Below, one piece after another: positions 13,915 to 26,000 of a stretch of DNA of 64,000 nucleotides. A program made the translations under genes and the position numbers. Within the stretch, counting starts at the first letter, position 1. The number at the start of each line of letters is the position of its first letter. Source of the DNA: Camelus ferus (taxonomy: Eukaryota); the NCBI RefSeq assembly GCF_009834535.1, contig NC_045696.1, positions 56,544,001 to 56,608,000 on the forward strand, in the 5' to 3' direction. Under the pieces are notes generated by a model. That model was not told where the DNA came from. It was given only the letters and a program-made list of their open reading frames with translations, and searched no databases.

Positions 13915-14073
13915 CTGCGGAAGAGAGAAGAGCAAGATTGAAGGCACCGGGCCCCGCGCCGACCCCGGAAACTTCTTCAGGTCCCGGAGGCTCGCCCCCT
14001 CCGCCCGGCCACCCTCGGCCGCCCAGAGGGGTCGGGCCAGTGCACTCGGCTCCGCGCCGCACTCCGCTCTCAC
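13915..14073 (-). other. FSTL1: FSTL1 intron 1 (159 nt)
   Basis: GT at 14073-14072; pyrimidine tract and AG at 13916-13915. Confidence 0.88.
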
Positions 14074-14170
14074 CATGGTCCGGTCCCGGTCTCCGGAGGG
14101 CGTGGGGCAACGCGGCTGCAGCGAGCTCTAAGGGAAGGTGGGAGCTTCGCGGATCGCCAGCCTCAGAGGA
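14074..14170 (-). other. FSTL1: FSTL1 exon 1 (5' UTR ending in ATG); 5' boundary approximate
   Basis: Minus strand ...gctcccaccttcccttagagctcgctgcagccg...ggaccggaccATG|gtgaga resembles the recalled human FSTL1 5' UTR and ends in a GTGAG donor at 14073-14069. Confidence 0.85.
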
Positions 14171-14184
14171 AATCCGACCTGGGC

Positions 14185-14200
14185 TCGCCGCCCCTTAAGA
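14185..14200 (-). promoter_or_regulatory. FSTL1: GC box and TATA-like element upstream of exon 1
   Basis: Minus strand TCTTAAGGGGCGGCGA lies ~25-30 nt upstream of the inferred TSS; motif match only. Confidence 0.45.
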
Positions 14201-14440
14201 CCCCTCCTTCCCCGATTGCCTGCCCCCCAGCTCCTCCCCATTCTCCTCCCCCTTCTGCAGCACCGTCCCCGCGGCTCGGAGCTCCGCTCCCTCCTCCCAG
14301 ACTCTCGCTACCCGCGAGCGTCCTGGCGCCGCCAGAACCCCTTTTTCTGCCTGGCCCCTAGCTGAGCACCCCTCCGGCCCCCAGGACGTGGATGCCGAGC
14401 CAGAGAGGGGGCTGTCCTGGGGGACACTGCAACAAAGGCG

Positions 14441-14442
<2 letters not shown>

Positions 14443-14508
<66 letters not shown>
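14443..14508. repeat. (GT)33 microsatellite in the FSTL1 promoter
   Basis: 66 nt of uninterrupted GT. Confidence 0.99.
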
Positions 14509-14509
<1 letters not shown>

Positions 14510-15059
14510 TGTTGGTGGGGGTTGGGGGAGACCGAAATCCCACCCCCGGGAGGGGCCGCTGGCTTGCGGCAGCTCCGGCGGGCTGCGGGCGTGGGCTGCG
14601 GCGGTGGCCAGGTGGGACGGTCCTGCGGGGGCACCCCCGGTCCAGACTGGAGCAGGACACTAGGGGAAGAGGCCCTGCGGCCTGGGGAGCCGGAGCCGCC
14701 CCCTACAGCTGATAGAGAGAAGGCCGGAGGTAGAGGGACCCGTACAGTATGAGGTCCAGGGCGTCACTGTCGCCAGGGCGCGAGGAAGGGGGCGCAGGGC
14801 CCGGAACACCGGTCAGCATGAGGAAAGCTGTTGGGTTCAACTGTGGATTTTCGGGGGACAGGGGGGCAGGAAAGGTGGAGGCCGTCCTCCTCTGCTGAGA
14901 AGAGCCTGATTCCAGCGTTTGCCGGCAGCCTCATCCCGTCCTTCCCTTCAGTCCAGGAGCGACCGGTATCCCCCTGCCCTCCTCCGCTGACCCTTCGCCT
15001 GTGTCCCTACCCCACTTCCTGGTACCCATGTACCAGGTACTCTCCCTGTTCACACGTCA

Positions 15060-15720
15060 CATCTCCACCAACTTCTTTCCAGAGCACTTTAAATGTGTGC
15101 TGCCTCTTTCACGGTGTTGACTCCCCAGACTGCTCCCAACTGTGGCTTTTTCCCTACTGTGCATCCCGTGTCCCTGGTGTCAAGAACAAATCCACTGGAC
15201 ACCTCAGATTTAACATGCCCAAGGCTGAGCCCAGCTTCCCACCAGGTCCTGTGCCTGCTCCTCTGTGTCATTCAGAGTGGAAATGGATCTCCACTGGAAA
15301 CCTCCAACAAGAAGGTATCTCCACTTCTGAGACCCCAGTTGTTACCATATCCTGGCGGTTTTCTCTTTGAGATCTGTTGTTCAGCCTTTCACCCTCATTC
15401 ACATTTCCACTTCCCTAAGCCAGACCTTCATCTTCCCTCAGGAATTCTAGAAACCATCTATGGTTGCCCTTCAGCTCCAGGCTCTCCTCCCCCAGTCTCC
15501 CCTGCAGCCCATTGCCAGATTCTCACCACCTGATTTAAACACTGTCCTCCTCATGTTCTTCCCCTGCTCTGAAACTTTCAGCACTCTCTTCCCACATCAA
15601 ATTCAAACGCTTTTCTTGTAAGTTATCCATCTAACCTTACTTAAACTACTCATACAACCTCTCCTCAGATCAGGCCATCTTCTCATTGTCCTCTGAACTT
15701 GTCATATTCACTCATTTACC
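15060..15720 (+). mobile_element. L2 LINE 3' remnant
   Basis: Pyrimidine-rich L2-like text (cacctcagatttaacatgcccaaggctgagc). Confidence 0.7.
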
Positions 15721-16399
15721 ATGGTTTCTTGAGTGCCTACTGTTGCAGTCTTAGGGGGCTTCCAATAACACCCTCATTGCCGTGCAAGTTCAGAATCCAT
15801 TGAGATAGCTGCAGGAGTCAGACTGGTGGAGAGCAAAACATCAGCTTTGTCCCTGGTAAAAGCTAGAATGGTGGCCGTGGCTCTAGATCTGCAGGGACAA
15901 GGACCTGCTTGTACTTCACCCCAGAATTGAACATGCCCCCTCAGTCACAAGCAGAGTTGGAAAATCTGCTTGTATAAAACTGACTGAAGTTTTACAGTTT
16001 CTGGAAAAGCAGAAGACACATGCTTCCTGGGGCAGGCCAGATCCCCAAACTTGAGGGGTTAGAGGGACACATCCCTAGATCCTCCCTCAAGCTTACCAGT
16101 CAGACAATGCACTCCTACTTCCTTGTTATGGACATAAGAGAATTAGGGAATAGACATCCCCCCACCAGCTATCGCATCCCAGTCTCTGTGCTAGGACTGA
16201 AGGGCCCTATGTTGTACAGGTTTTGTTTCTGTCCTCTAATAACTCACAATACTTTTCATCCCTGACACATACACTGTACCTTCTCAGAATTAGTCATGGT
16301 CTCCTTTCCTCCTTCCTCCTTTTGTCTGTTCAAATTCTGTCCTTTTTTCCAGGACCCAAGTAAAATTTCATTGCTTTTTCTAGCACCTTTTCTGGCAAT

Positions 16400-16830
16400 A
16401 ACTTGGCATAGTGGAAAGCACATGAGGTTCGAGGTCAAACAAACCTGGCTTTCAGTCTTGTTGCCACCATTTACTAGCTGTGCGACTTTGTCAAATTACT
16501 TAAGCTCTCTGAACCTAGGTTTCTGCATCTGACAAATGACAGCAATAATGCTTTGCAGGGGGTTGCAAAATTTAAATATAGTGTCTTATAGAAAGTGCCA
16601 GGCATGTAGCAGACCTGCATAAATGATAGCCATTATTATTTCATTGATCTTTGCATCTGAATTGCAGTTGGTATTATGCGCCAGGTACTAACTACAGGAG
16701 CCATGTCTTATTTTACTTAATTATCACAACAAACTGAAAGGTATTTTTTAAAATTGCTTCCACTTTCCAAGGAAGGAAACTGAAGCTCAGAAAAATTTGG
16801 GTACTTTTCCAAGGTTAATAGTTGATGATG
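16400..16830. mobile_element. Two MIRs tail to tail (+ 16400-16640, - 16640-16830)
   Basis: MIR core motifs in both orientations. Confidence 0.75.
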
Positions 16831-16879
16831 TAGACTTACAACTTGGCATTTTATTGCATAATGTTATACAATGTCTAAA

Positions 16880-17870
16880 CACTTGTTCATGTAGTTGTTG
16901 GTTTTGATTCTTTAGTTAGATTTTAAGTTGTAAACTTAGACAAAAACTTTAACAAAATTTTCTAATCTGTTTAAAACTCTTCCAACTAATAGTTTGTGGA
17001 AAGTTTAAAAATGTAACAACTTTCAATTAATTTGAAGAACAAATTATTTCTAGAACAGATGGAAATTTACCAGCTAAATTTCGACAAAAACTTTTGCATG
17101 ATTTGTTTACAGGACTGAAAAATGAGTGTCATAATTTTGTGAGTGGGCCATTGATGCACATCTTCCATCTGGATCTATGTATATTTGGAGTGTATTAGTC
17201 TCCTAGGGCTGTACTCAGAATACTTCAAACTGGGTGGCTTATCCAACAGCAATTCATTTTCTCATAGTTCTAGATGCTGGAAGTGCAAGATCAAGATACT
17301 GGCAGGATTGGTTTCTGGTGAGGTCTCTCTTCTTTGCTTGCAGATGGCCACCTCCTCACTGTGTCCTCATCTTCTTTCTGTATGATTGCATCCTTGGTGT
17401 CTTCCTCTTCTTATAGGGGCAGTCCTATTGGATGAGGACTCTACCCTTCTGAACTTTTTAAATCTTATTACCTCCTTAAAGGCCCTATTTACAAATCCAG
17501 CCACACTGGGGGTTAGGGTTTCAACATATGAGTTTTGGGGACACAATCCTACCTATAAAAATGAGTTATCTTTTTCACCTTTCACAATCATGAAACCAAA
17601 TACCAAAGTAAACTGGACTTAGGATCAGATCTTTAACATTCCCTGTCACAAAATGTTAAGCAAATATCTTCTGAATGAAATAAAAGCATCACTCTCCCTA
17701 AATTTATTATTTTTCCAGTGAGAGCACAAAAGGTTTTGACAATTAATAAGTAAAATGTTGATTATTTTATCTTTAACTCATCTCATTTTATATTTTGTGT
17801 ATGTTATAATGTATATATTAGTCCACTGTTATTGGTGGAGGTATGTTATCATAAAGTTTGAAGACCACTG
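16880..17870 (+). mobile_element. hAT-Charlie DNA transposon fossil (transposase C-terminus and right TIR), split by an MLT1 LTR
   Basis: Frameshifted translation EEQII..DGNLPAKFRQK..GLKNE..AIDAHLPSGSMY|ELSFS..TKYQSKLDLGSDL resembles the hAT dimerization domain; ends gtttgaagaccactg (17856-17870). Confidence 0.75.
17191..17560 (-). mobile_element. MaLR LTR (MLT1A/B-like)
   Basis: tgtattagtctcctagggctg...tcaagatactggcagg...tcaacatatgagttttggggacac; approximate 5-bp TSD tggag/atgag. Confidence 0.85.
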
Positions 17871-18439
17871 CTACAGAAAACTAAATCTCACACTTAGGCC
17901 AAAAGAACACTTCTAGAATTGAGTACAATATTTATTATTGTTAATTACATTAATCAAATTCATTGTGACATTTTATTTAATCATTGAGAGTACCTGTGAC
18001 AAGATGCTTTAATCAGCAACTTGGAGAAATATTTATTACATATTTATGTGTTTATTTACATACACAGAGCAACACATAATTTATATATATGCCTACTCTG
18101 CTCTGCCTAAAGGTGCTACATCCACACAATATCCTCCAAGTTAGTTTCTGAAAAGTCTGTAAATTAGTAGTATAAATGATCATATTATATTCACAAAAGT
18201 ATGATTTATGACAATCAATCTGCTTATCATGAGTTTGGCAGTACTATTCATTTGAATAAATAAAGGAAGTTATATCACGAAATCCTCTGATATTCAGTAC
18301 ACATCTATTCCTTTTGCAGCCAGCATACTTTCACCTCACTTCAAGTAACTGTATGGTGTTTCCCTCTAGAGTACCATTCCTCTTCCACTCTTCATCATTG
18401 TGTCCCACTCCACTCTAGAGGTAAAGCAGTGATCTCTAG

Positions 18440-18820
18440 GGCAAGCAAATCACTGCCTTTCATTCCCCTGGCCACAGTTCAGCCACAGGCATCAGACAGA
18501 AGTCAGACCAATAGGACCAATGAAATCCAATTTTAAGATTTTTGTTCTACCCATCAGGGTAACATATGTTCTCTTCTACCGGCCAGAGTACAAGATAATG
18601 TGGGTTTGAAGCTGCAAGGGGCCACTTCCTGAGACCTAAAACACTGCCAGCCTTAAAGAGACAGAGCCAAGAGATGGATCCCAATGATATCATCAGAGCC
18701 TCAAACTGAGCTGTACTTGATTAGCTCCAGACTTTTTAGCTTTGTTGTCTGCTTGGTTTTGTTCAAGCCTCTTAGGTTGAGTTTTTTGATCACAATTGAA
18801 AAAAGTCCCAACTGATCATC
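18440..18820 (+). mobile_element. Old MaLR LTR (MLT1I/J/K-like)
   Basis: gagacagagccaagagatgg...ggttgagttttttgatcacaattgaaaaaagtcccaactgat. Confidence 0.55.
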
Positions 18821-19029
18821 AGGCCATAAATATAATTACAGAGTGTTTAAAACAATAAAATAGTTACCATAAACAAATGCAACAGTCCTTTAAGCCTAAT
18901 CTTTGTAAGAGTTGTGAAACATCAAAGCTGAGAAAAGGAAATGATTTTCTTGAACACTTGCAGAAGAGCAGATGTTCTGTCCGCTGCACTATGCTGCCTT
19001 TTCCATATCCCAGCCTGCTGCAGACATGG

Positions 19030-20070
19030 GGAATTATTTAAGACATGTTTAATACAAGTGATTAAACTCAACCTATACTAGCCTAAGCCAAGAAGGAATT
19101 TATTGGCTGGTGAGGATATATGGGGTTGAAGGAAGGGCTGCAGGAAGTAAGGTCTCAGGGACTTGAATGGGACTTACAGTAGGCTAAAAAATGCTCCTCC
19201 AACTCCTGCCAAGATATATTTACTTTCTAATCTCTGGAATCTGCAAATGTTACCTTTTATGCAAAAGAGTGAATATTACTTATATGGCAAAGATATATTA
19301 AGTTGAAGATTTTGAGAGGAGGAGCTTATCCTAGATTTTCCAGGTGGGCCTAAATGCAATCACATGCATTCTTATAAGAGAGAAGCAGAGGGATATTCGA
19401 CAGAGACAAAGGAGGAGAAGAGAGACACAGAGAAGGGGATGTGAGGATGGAGGCAGAGATTGGAGTGGTGTGGCCAAGGTCAAGGAACACCAAGGAGTGA
19501 TTCCAGCTGGAAGAGGCAAGGAACAGATTCTCCTCTAGAGCCTACAGAGGGAGCACTTCCTAGCCAACACCTAGCTATCAGTCTTCTGGTTTCCTGAATT
19601 GGGAGAGAATAAATTTCTGTTGTTATAAGCCACCAAGGTTGTGGTAATTTTTTTACAGTAGCCCCAGGTAATGAATACAGTACTCAATGCTGTAAGGACT
19701 TGCTCTCTCTCTCTCTCTCTGTCTTCAGACTCTCAGCTTTTTCTGCAGCTTTAGTTTCTCCGTATAGCTGAGAAGATGGCTAGTGCAAGTCCCCAAGTTG
19801 CATCCTCCCAGCTTTGGTACCATGGCAAGAAAAGAGTGTTTATTTTCCCAAGGTCCATATATCCAACCCAGGGAGGGATTCTGATTGGTCCTGTTTGTCT
19901 CATCCCCCCTCCCCCCACCATGTGCATGGACAAAGCATATTGCCAAGGGGGTGGACCCGTGCTTGGCTGTGTTTGGGTCATGATACCATCCCTATAGCAG
20001 GCAGCACACTCTGACTGATAGCTTCCCAAAACACATGGTATGGGGAGGAGGTTTTTCCCAAGAAGGGACA
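19030..20070 (-). mobile_element. Old MaLR LTR (MLT1K/L-like) hosting a younger MLT1D
   Basis: caagtgattaaactcaacc...gaaggaatttattggct continues after 19684 with gattctgattggtcc. Confidence 0.55.
19175..19679 (+). mobile_element. MaLR LTR (MLT1D-like) with 5-bp TSD
   Basis: ggtgggcctaaatgcaatcac...ggaagaggcaaggaacagattctcctctagagcc...aataaatttctgttgttataagccac; TSD ggact (19170-19174) / gtact (19680-19684). Confidence 0.88.
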
Positions 20071-21313
20071 CTGAGCAGACTCAAACAACAAATACCCACT
20101 GCATGGCAGTCTGCCGGACTCCTGGGCTCCTTCCCAGCTTGGGACACCATGAGGACATGTAGGGTTGTGGGCCGAGAAACAACAGACTTGTCCCAGGGCC
20201 ATGGGACACTGGATATTCCCTCCTGTAATCCAGATGTAGGAGTAAACAACTGCCTTTGGAATTTATGTGGAGATTGGAAAAGCTGCATCTTTGATCAAAG
20301 TGATAGGCCCACTCTCCTATAGTTTCTAGTCCGAGTGGGACTGGCCTAGGCTGGATGAGAGGGTGGCCTCAGGGGTGCCATGAAGTTAATTGGTTATGGG
20401 TAGGTTGGGGCTCTCCTGAGAGGATCCCTGAGAGTAGGGTTTTCTCACGGCCAGAGCCCAAGGCTGAAGAGAGCCCTTCCTCATTCTCTGGTGGCTTCAT
20501 TTCCTTCTCTTTTCCCTCTTTAGTCTCCCTCTCTCAATACCCCTCCCACCTTCTTCCTTCTCTCTTCTTCTCTCCTAACTCCCACCCTTGGGAGAAGAAG
20601 CAGGATGCTAACGCACTAGCCATGGGCTTTGAAGAAAGCAGTTTATGATTTTTTTTTTCCCCACTGAAAAGCAATGCCTTCCCCTGCCTAATTTTGGTAG
20701 AACACTCTATTATCAGCGTAATCACTGATATTTATCATAAAACTTCATGGACTGAGATTCTTCCAGGGCCCCAGCTACTCCCCAGGAATAAATCAGGCAC
20801 TTTTGAGCAATGACAGGGCTTTTTTCAGACCCTTAGGTATTATTTTCAGTGTACCAGCAAAACCTAAAAATGAAAGTGAATAAATGCAGCTGGTTAAAGT
20901 AACTGACCTGCACATGAAGGTCATGTAGTAGAAGAATTTGGCTCATGTAGAATATGTGAATGTGGCAGAAAATGCTCATTTTTACTGGCTTTTCACAGTG
21001 AAGAGAAATGTTATTATTAACATGCTGAACATCACTCAGAGTGAGCCTCCCAGAGCTGCTGCCTGGAAGCCCCCTCCAGCTGGGTCTGCCCCCGTGATGT
21101 TTCCTCTTTGCCTTCATTAAAGTTTTAGCCACTTATGGCTTCTTTCAAAGAAAGATGGCTCTTTCAAGTTATTGTCTTAAATAGCTGTAATGGATGTTTG
21201 GGGGAGGAGGATGTAATATCTCTGTAAGGAAGAGACTTACAGTTTTTGTTTTAAATGTGAGGAAATGATGCTACTTTAATACGACTGGAAATCGATGGAC
21301 CAGATTGACCATA

Positions 21314-21833
21314 TGTTGGGGATCCCCAAGACCACTCCCAGTTCCATGATTCACTGGGAGGACTAACAGGACTGGGCACATAGTTGTGTTCACAGCTATG
21401 ATGTAGTATCATGGAAGGATACAAAGCAAAATCAGCAAAGGGAAAAGGCACACGGGGTAAAGACCAGAGGAAACCAGGTACGGGCTTCCGAGAGTCTGTT
21501 GCCATTGGAGTCATGTACCGAGTTCTTCCAGCCACAAACTGGGACAACATGTGTGAAAAGTTGTCTCCCAGGGAAGCTCATTAAGACTCAGCGACCAGGG
21601 TTTTTATTGGGAGCTGGTCATATAGGCACACTGTGCCTAGTATGTACCAGAATTCCAGACTCTTAGAGGAAAGCAAGTGCTTAGCATAACCATACTGTTT
21701 GCACAATGAACCACTCTCATTTCTGGGAATTGTGGGGCCCTCCTGAAATCCAAGTTTCCTGATGCCAGCCAGAAGCCAGCCTTGCGATTGGGACTTTCTA
21801 AGGATAGCAGTCTCAGACCCTTTAATCTGCACA
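21314..21833 (-). mobile_element. ERVL-class solo LTR (MER21B-like)
   Basis: tgttggggatccccaagaccac...aaagcaaaatcagcaaagggaaaaggcac...gggtttttattggg...ctgcaca; TG..CA ends and AATAAA on the minus strand. Confidence 0.85.
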
Positions 21834-23449
21834 ATTTGCCAGTGGCTATATCATTTCCTGCATTAAGGAAAACTTGAGGATATAAAACAGAACTTGTTAA
21901 ATATAAACTGGGAGATACACCATGCAGCCTCAAATGTCTCTCATGCCCCTACTTTTCTTTCAAATTGAATTTATATGTCATGTGTTTATCCTGCTATCCT
22001 GGCCATAAACGATGAAACACCAGATTTCTCCTTGAGTCAAAAGCTAAGAGGTACAAAGCCACAGAGTCTGATGAATAGGGGAGCACCATCCTGGGGTGTG
22101 ACAAACTGATCCCATCCACGGTCTTCGGAAGAATAAATGCTAGATAGAGAAAGAGAAAGTGGGTGACTAGAGCTCATACTGAGTGAGAGCAATGTTGAGT
22201 TGTTGTTCTAGGTCTTTGAAAAGCCTGGTGTGCTCCTCAGTCTTGGAAGTCTACGGTCACGATGGAGAGGATGTCTCCTGGCTCACATTCTCATGTATCC
22301 TTGCAATGAATTCCTTCACTAATAGGGGTATGTCTTTTCCAAGCAGCCTGAAAGAGTCTAGCAGACACAGGGGTAAACATTCCCTTTACAAAGGGATTTG
22401 GCAACTAAAATGAGAAGAGTTGTACTGGAGAACACCCAAGAAAACTTGAAAGAATACAATTTAGGTCAATAACAGGAAGTAGTACCTTACACTGCAAAAA
22501 GGAAGTTTCAGAACACATTCCACTCCTTCAAAAACAGAAAACATAAGTAAGCTTAAGATAAGCTTTAAAATTTATCTGTGTGGTTGAGTCATAAGGATTT
22601 ATTGGGAAAAACTCAGTATGTTGGGACTATTTCCTCTCCTATGAGATGGGTGTCAGGAAAGAGACGGTGATCTCCTATGGCATAGCTCTGATGTCCTGGG
22701 CAGAACCAACCCAGAATGGCCTGAAGCTCTTGATAAGGCTGCCAGAAGGGGCTGTGAAGCTGAGACTAGCCCCTGAGGATTTGAGCCCCAGAAGCCCTGA
22801 ACCAGACCAAGAATGAGCTGAAGCATTCTGGGAGGCTCAGTGGGAGATATCCTTCAACCTCTGCATCCAAGTCAGGCTTAGAGGCAGGAATACAGTGTAT
22901 GTATCCACTTGTCTGTGGATTAAATATTTCTTGAGTCAGCATTTTGGGACTCTGCAAGGATGAGGGTGATTAGAAGTATACTCCATGGACATGCCTAGCC
23001 CAGGATGTTCTTGTGAAAGGCCCCTCAAAGCACGCAGCTAGTGTGGGGAACACAGTGTCTGACATCTGGCCAAGCACTTCAGAGACTCCCATTGACATGC
23101 TGTGGGCTGAGGCAGGACTGTGATTAGAAAGGATGGTTTCATTCCAACACCATCCCCTTCTCAAGGAAAGGCTAACCTCTCTTTATCTAGCATGTGACCT
23201 ACCAGTTGAACTTGGAGTATTTGGGGCTGTTCAGAGATAGTGCTAAATGGCACAAGAATATTTACTCTGTGATGATTGTTTCCCAGTGAGCTTCCTGCAG
23301 TAAAAATGATAAGGGTTATCCGAGAGTATTCAGTTTTAGTACTGGGGTCATTTCCATCCTTTGTTATTAAAAATAGGCTCAAGTTTTCTGTCTCTGTAGG
23401 GGTAGGGGAAAATTAATTGCATCCTTAAGTATTCAGGGCACAGTTAAGT

Positions 23450-23680
23450 TTTTGAATACAGGGTAGTGTCAAGATTACAGATTCCAGCGTAAGGAGACCT
23501 GCAACTTACCAGTTGCTTGGGCCAGTTACCTAAGCTCTTTGCTCTTTAGTTTCTTCTGTTAAAAATGTGTGTAATTGTAATACCACACAGGGTTTTTGTG
23601 AGGATGGAATTGGATAATATATGTAAAACATTTAGCATAGTGCCCAGCACAAAGTGAGTGCTCAATTACTAGCCATTTAT
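23450..23680 (+). mobile_element. MIR SINE
   Basis: gggccagttacctaagctc...ggtttttgtgaggatgg...gtgcccagcacaaagtgagtgctcaat. Confidence 0.75.
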
Positions 23681-24432
23681 TTAACTATTTTATTTTTTCA
23701 TAGGTAGTGAATCCTGCATATGATTACTTTATTCCAGAACCTTCCATTATCAGAATTCCGTCACTGGAAGTGGTCAAGAGCAGAATGTTTTATAGACACT
23801 TAACAGGAGTAGATTTGGGCCATTTGTAAAATGTAGTAGAACTTCGGCATTTGTGGACTTCACTTTTGTGGTTTTAGCTATTCACAGATAATCTCAAGGG
23901 TCCATGACATAGTATAAGTTTTATATGTAATATATATGTCACTTTAAACTGGAAAGGTTAAGAAGTAGTCAGGATGCAGTAGAATCATTTTGAGTACCCA
24001 TCCATCATGCTCTTCTCTGAGAATTGCCCCCCACAAAGAGATGAACCCCCAGAGCTGGCTTTGTGCCCTGTGATTCCTCACCACAGCTAATGGGACACCT
24101 GACCCAGGGAGAGCCAGTTTGGTGTTTGGATCAACCCAGTTTTCTCTCCTGGATTGTTCCTGTTTTCTGGAGCTACATGAAGAAGAAATTAGGGATCACA
24201 TCTTATGATATATACAATTTATTTTCAAATGGTTCAGGAAAAAGTATATTATGTATATATACATTATACAGAAAAAGAACGCAAACATCACAGTTATAAC
24301 AATTAATAAATCTAACTAAAGGGTAAACAAATGTTCACTGTACTATTTCAGTTTTTCTTTAGTTTAAAAGTTTAAAAGTTGGAAAAGATTTTAATGGAAA
24401 ATAAAAAGCCCTTTTAAAAAGATTAAATCAAA

Positions 24433-24507
24433 TTGTGCTGTATACCAGAAATTGACACATTGTAACTGACTGCACTTCAAAAAAATTTTTTTTAATTAAA
24501 AAAAATT
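24433..24507 (+). mobile_element. Extremely 5'-truncated lineage-specific L1 tail with 16-bp TSD
   Basis: tgctgtataccagaaattgacacattgtaactgactgcacttcaaaaaa; TSD aaaagattaaa(t/g)caaa at 24417-24432 and 24508-24523. Confidence 0.8.
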
Positions 24508-25857
24508 AAAAGATTAAAGCAAAACAGAACTCCTTGAGTTAGAACAGGCTCCAGGGCCTTTAGCCGTCTCTTCCAGGCTTTGAGAAGAGAAACTGCACGT
24601 AAATCTTGGGTGGAGGGGCCAAGCACACACAGAAGAGAAAGCTGTACTTCAGGGAGAGACAAGAGCAGCAGAACTGCAGAAACACACAGAGAGGAGAGAG
24701 CCTGAGATCCCTGGGAAATGGGAAGCACAGGCTGCAGTCCTGGTCCCTTGCTTCTGGTTCTAGAGGCCTGGTTCTGGTGCAAGGTCTACCTCTTTCTGTT
24801 TCTGAGGTCCATGAGGTATCCTGGTATCCTTCCAATAAATTCTTATTTTATGTTATTTAATTTTTTGCTCAAGATAACTAAAGTGGTTGTGGTCCTTGTG
24901 AACAAATGGGCTCTGATAAAGCCCCCGGCCGGTCTGTGGTAACAGGTGCCGTGAGGTGTGTATGAGCCTCTTCCTCTGACCTTCAATTGGGATGAGTGAC
25001 TCAGCTGGAGAGAGTGTGCCTCACAGACTGCTAGTATCTGCATCTCAATGGGGTCGACATGGAATAGAAGTATTCACTGGAAGCATAACTTGCAATTGTA
25101 CTTAACAGCTTTTGTAAGGATAAATCACATGTGTAGTGGGAACATACTTTTCAGACCACAAACTCAGGTGTGGACTAGCGGGTGGGGGTTTAACATTTGT
25201 CCCTTTTTGATGCTGAACTTAAGTCCTATCTGCAGCCTTCCTTCTACCTGGTAGCAGAGTCTGAGTTTGCCCCCTGGGTTCAGTATTTTTCCTCTTTTCC
25301 CCTGGGGAAGCGTGTTGGTGAGGATGGGCTATAACCCTGGGTCATCACCACTGACACACTCCTGGCATCTGCAAAGAGACCCCTCACCCTCTGGTCCTCC
25401 TGGCCCACCTGCTCTTGGGGTCCAGACCTGCTGCCTTGGTGCATGGGGACTCTCTGAGTCAGCTTTTGGCCTCTAAGCCCACACCTTCTCTAGGGCCAGA
25501 CCCTGCAACTGCTCCCCTGCCCACAAAAGTAGAATCTTATCACTCCCTGGGTTCAGATTTCCCCAACAGATTCTGAGCATTCTGTTCACATTTATCCCTG
25601 ACTTAGCTTGTGGTAGGACACAGGGCTTTTCTAAAGTTACTGGTTGACTTCCTCTCTCTTGCCTCTTGTGCAACCCTGGAATGGGGGACTGGATCATAGG
25701 TCCTCCTGGAAGTCTTCTCAATCTACTGTTTATGGTGCATTTTCTTTTAAAATGTGTTTTATTCCTATTAGAGTACCTACACAGAAATAACTTATTTTGT
25801 TTTCTTTAATTACAAAATAACCAGAACTAACAAAGAGAGGCTTCTTTATTTTTCTTT

Positions 25858-26000
25858 TAGAACATGGGACTCACAATTTAATAATATATAATTTGGTATG
25901 ATTTTATGCCCTGAATTTTGGGGGGTATTAGCTTTTGATAGCTAAAAGCCAAGCTTTTGGATCTCAAAACATTTTTTCTTGCAAAGCCTATTTTGAAATC
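25858..26000 (+). repeat. Copy A of a ~145-bp local duplication
   Basis: Collinear with 26757-26904 plus 27311-27328. Confidence 0.88.

Larger units (their letters stand above)
13560..14900. promoter_or_regulatory. FSTL1: CpG island / FSTL1 promoter
   Basis: Abrupt rise in GC and CpG density spanning exons 1-2, against CpG-depleted flanks. Confidence 0.9.

Noticed and set aside
13739-14752. Many 85-130 aa ORFs on both strands in the CpG island, including VCVCVC/THTHTH runs
   Set aside because: Explained by high GC content (few stops) and the (GT)33 repeat; only the FSTL1 frame has splice and homology support.
14831-15533. 179-aa and 146-aa plus-strand ORFs next to the promoter
   Set aside because: They lie over the CpG-island edge and an L2 remnant, start at non-ATG codons, and show no recognisable domain.
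22613-23382. Stop-poor minus-strand stretch (190 codons with 2 internal stops, 23182-22613, plus an overlapping 73-codon ORF). It has short look-alikes of AAV VP1 (GYLP, GLVLP, FQA..KR) and bornavirus M/N/G peptides, suggesting an endogenous viral element.
   Set aside because: The micro-matches fall in different frames and their spacing is not collinear with the viral proteins. My rough estimate is that a few such stop-poor windows are expected by chance across six frames of 64 kb. A tBLASTn/HMM search against viral and vertebrate proteins would settle it.
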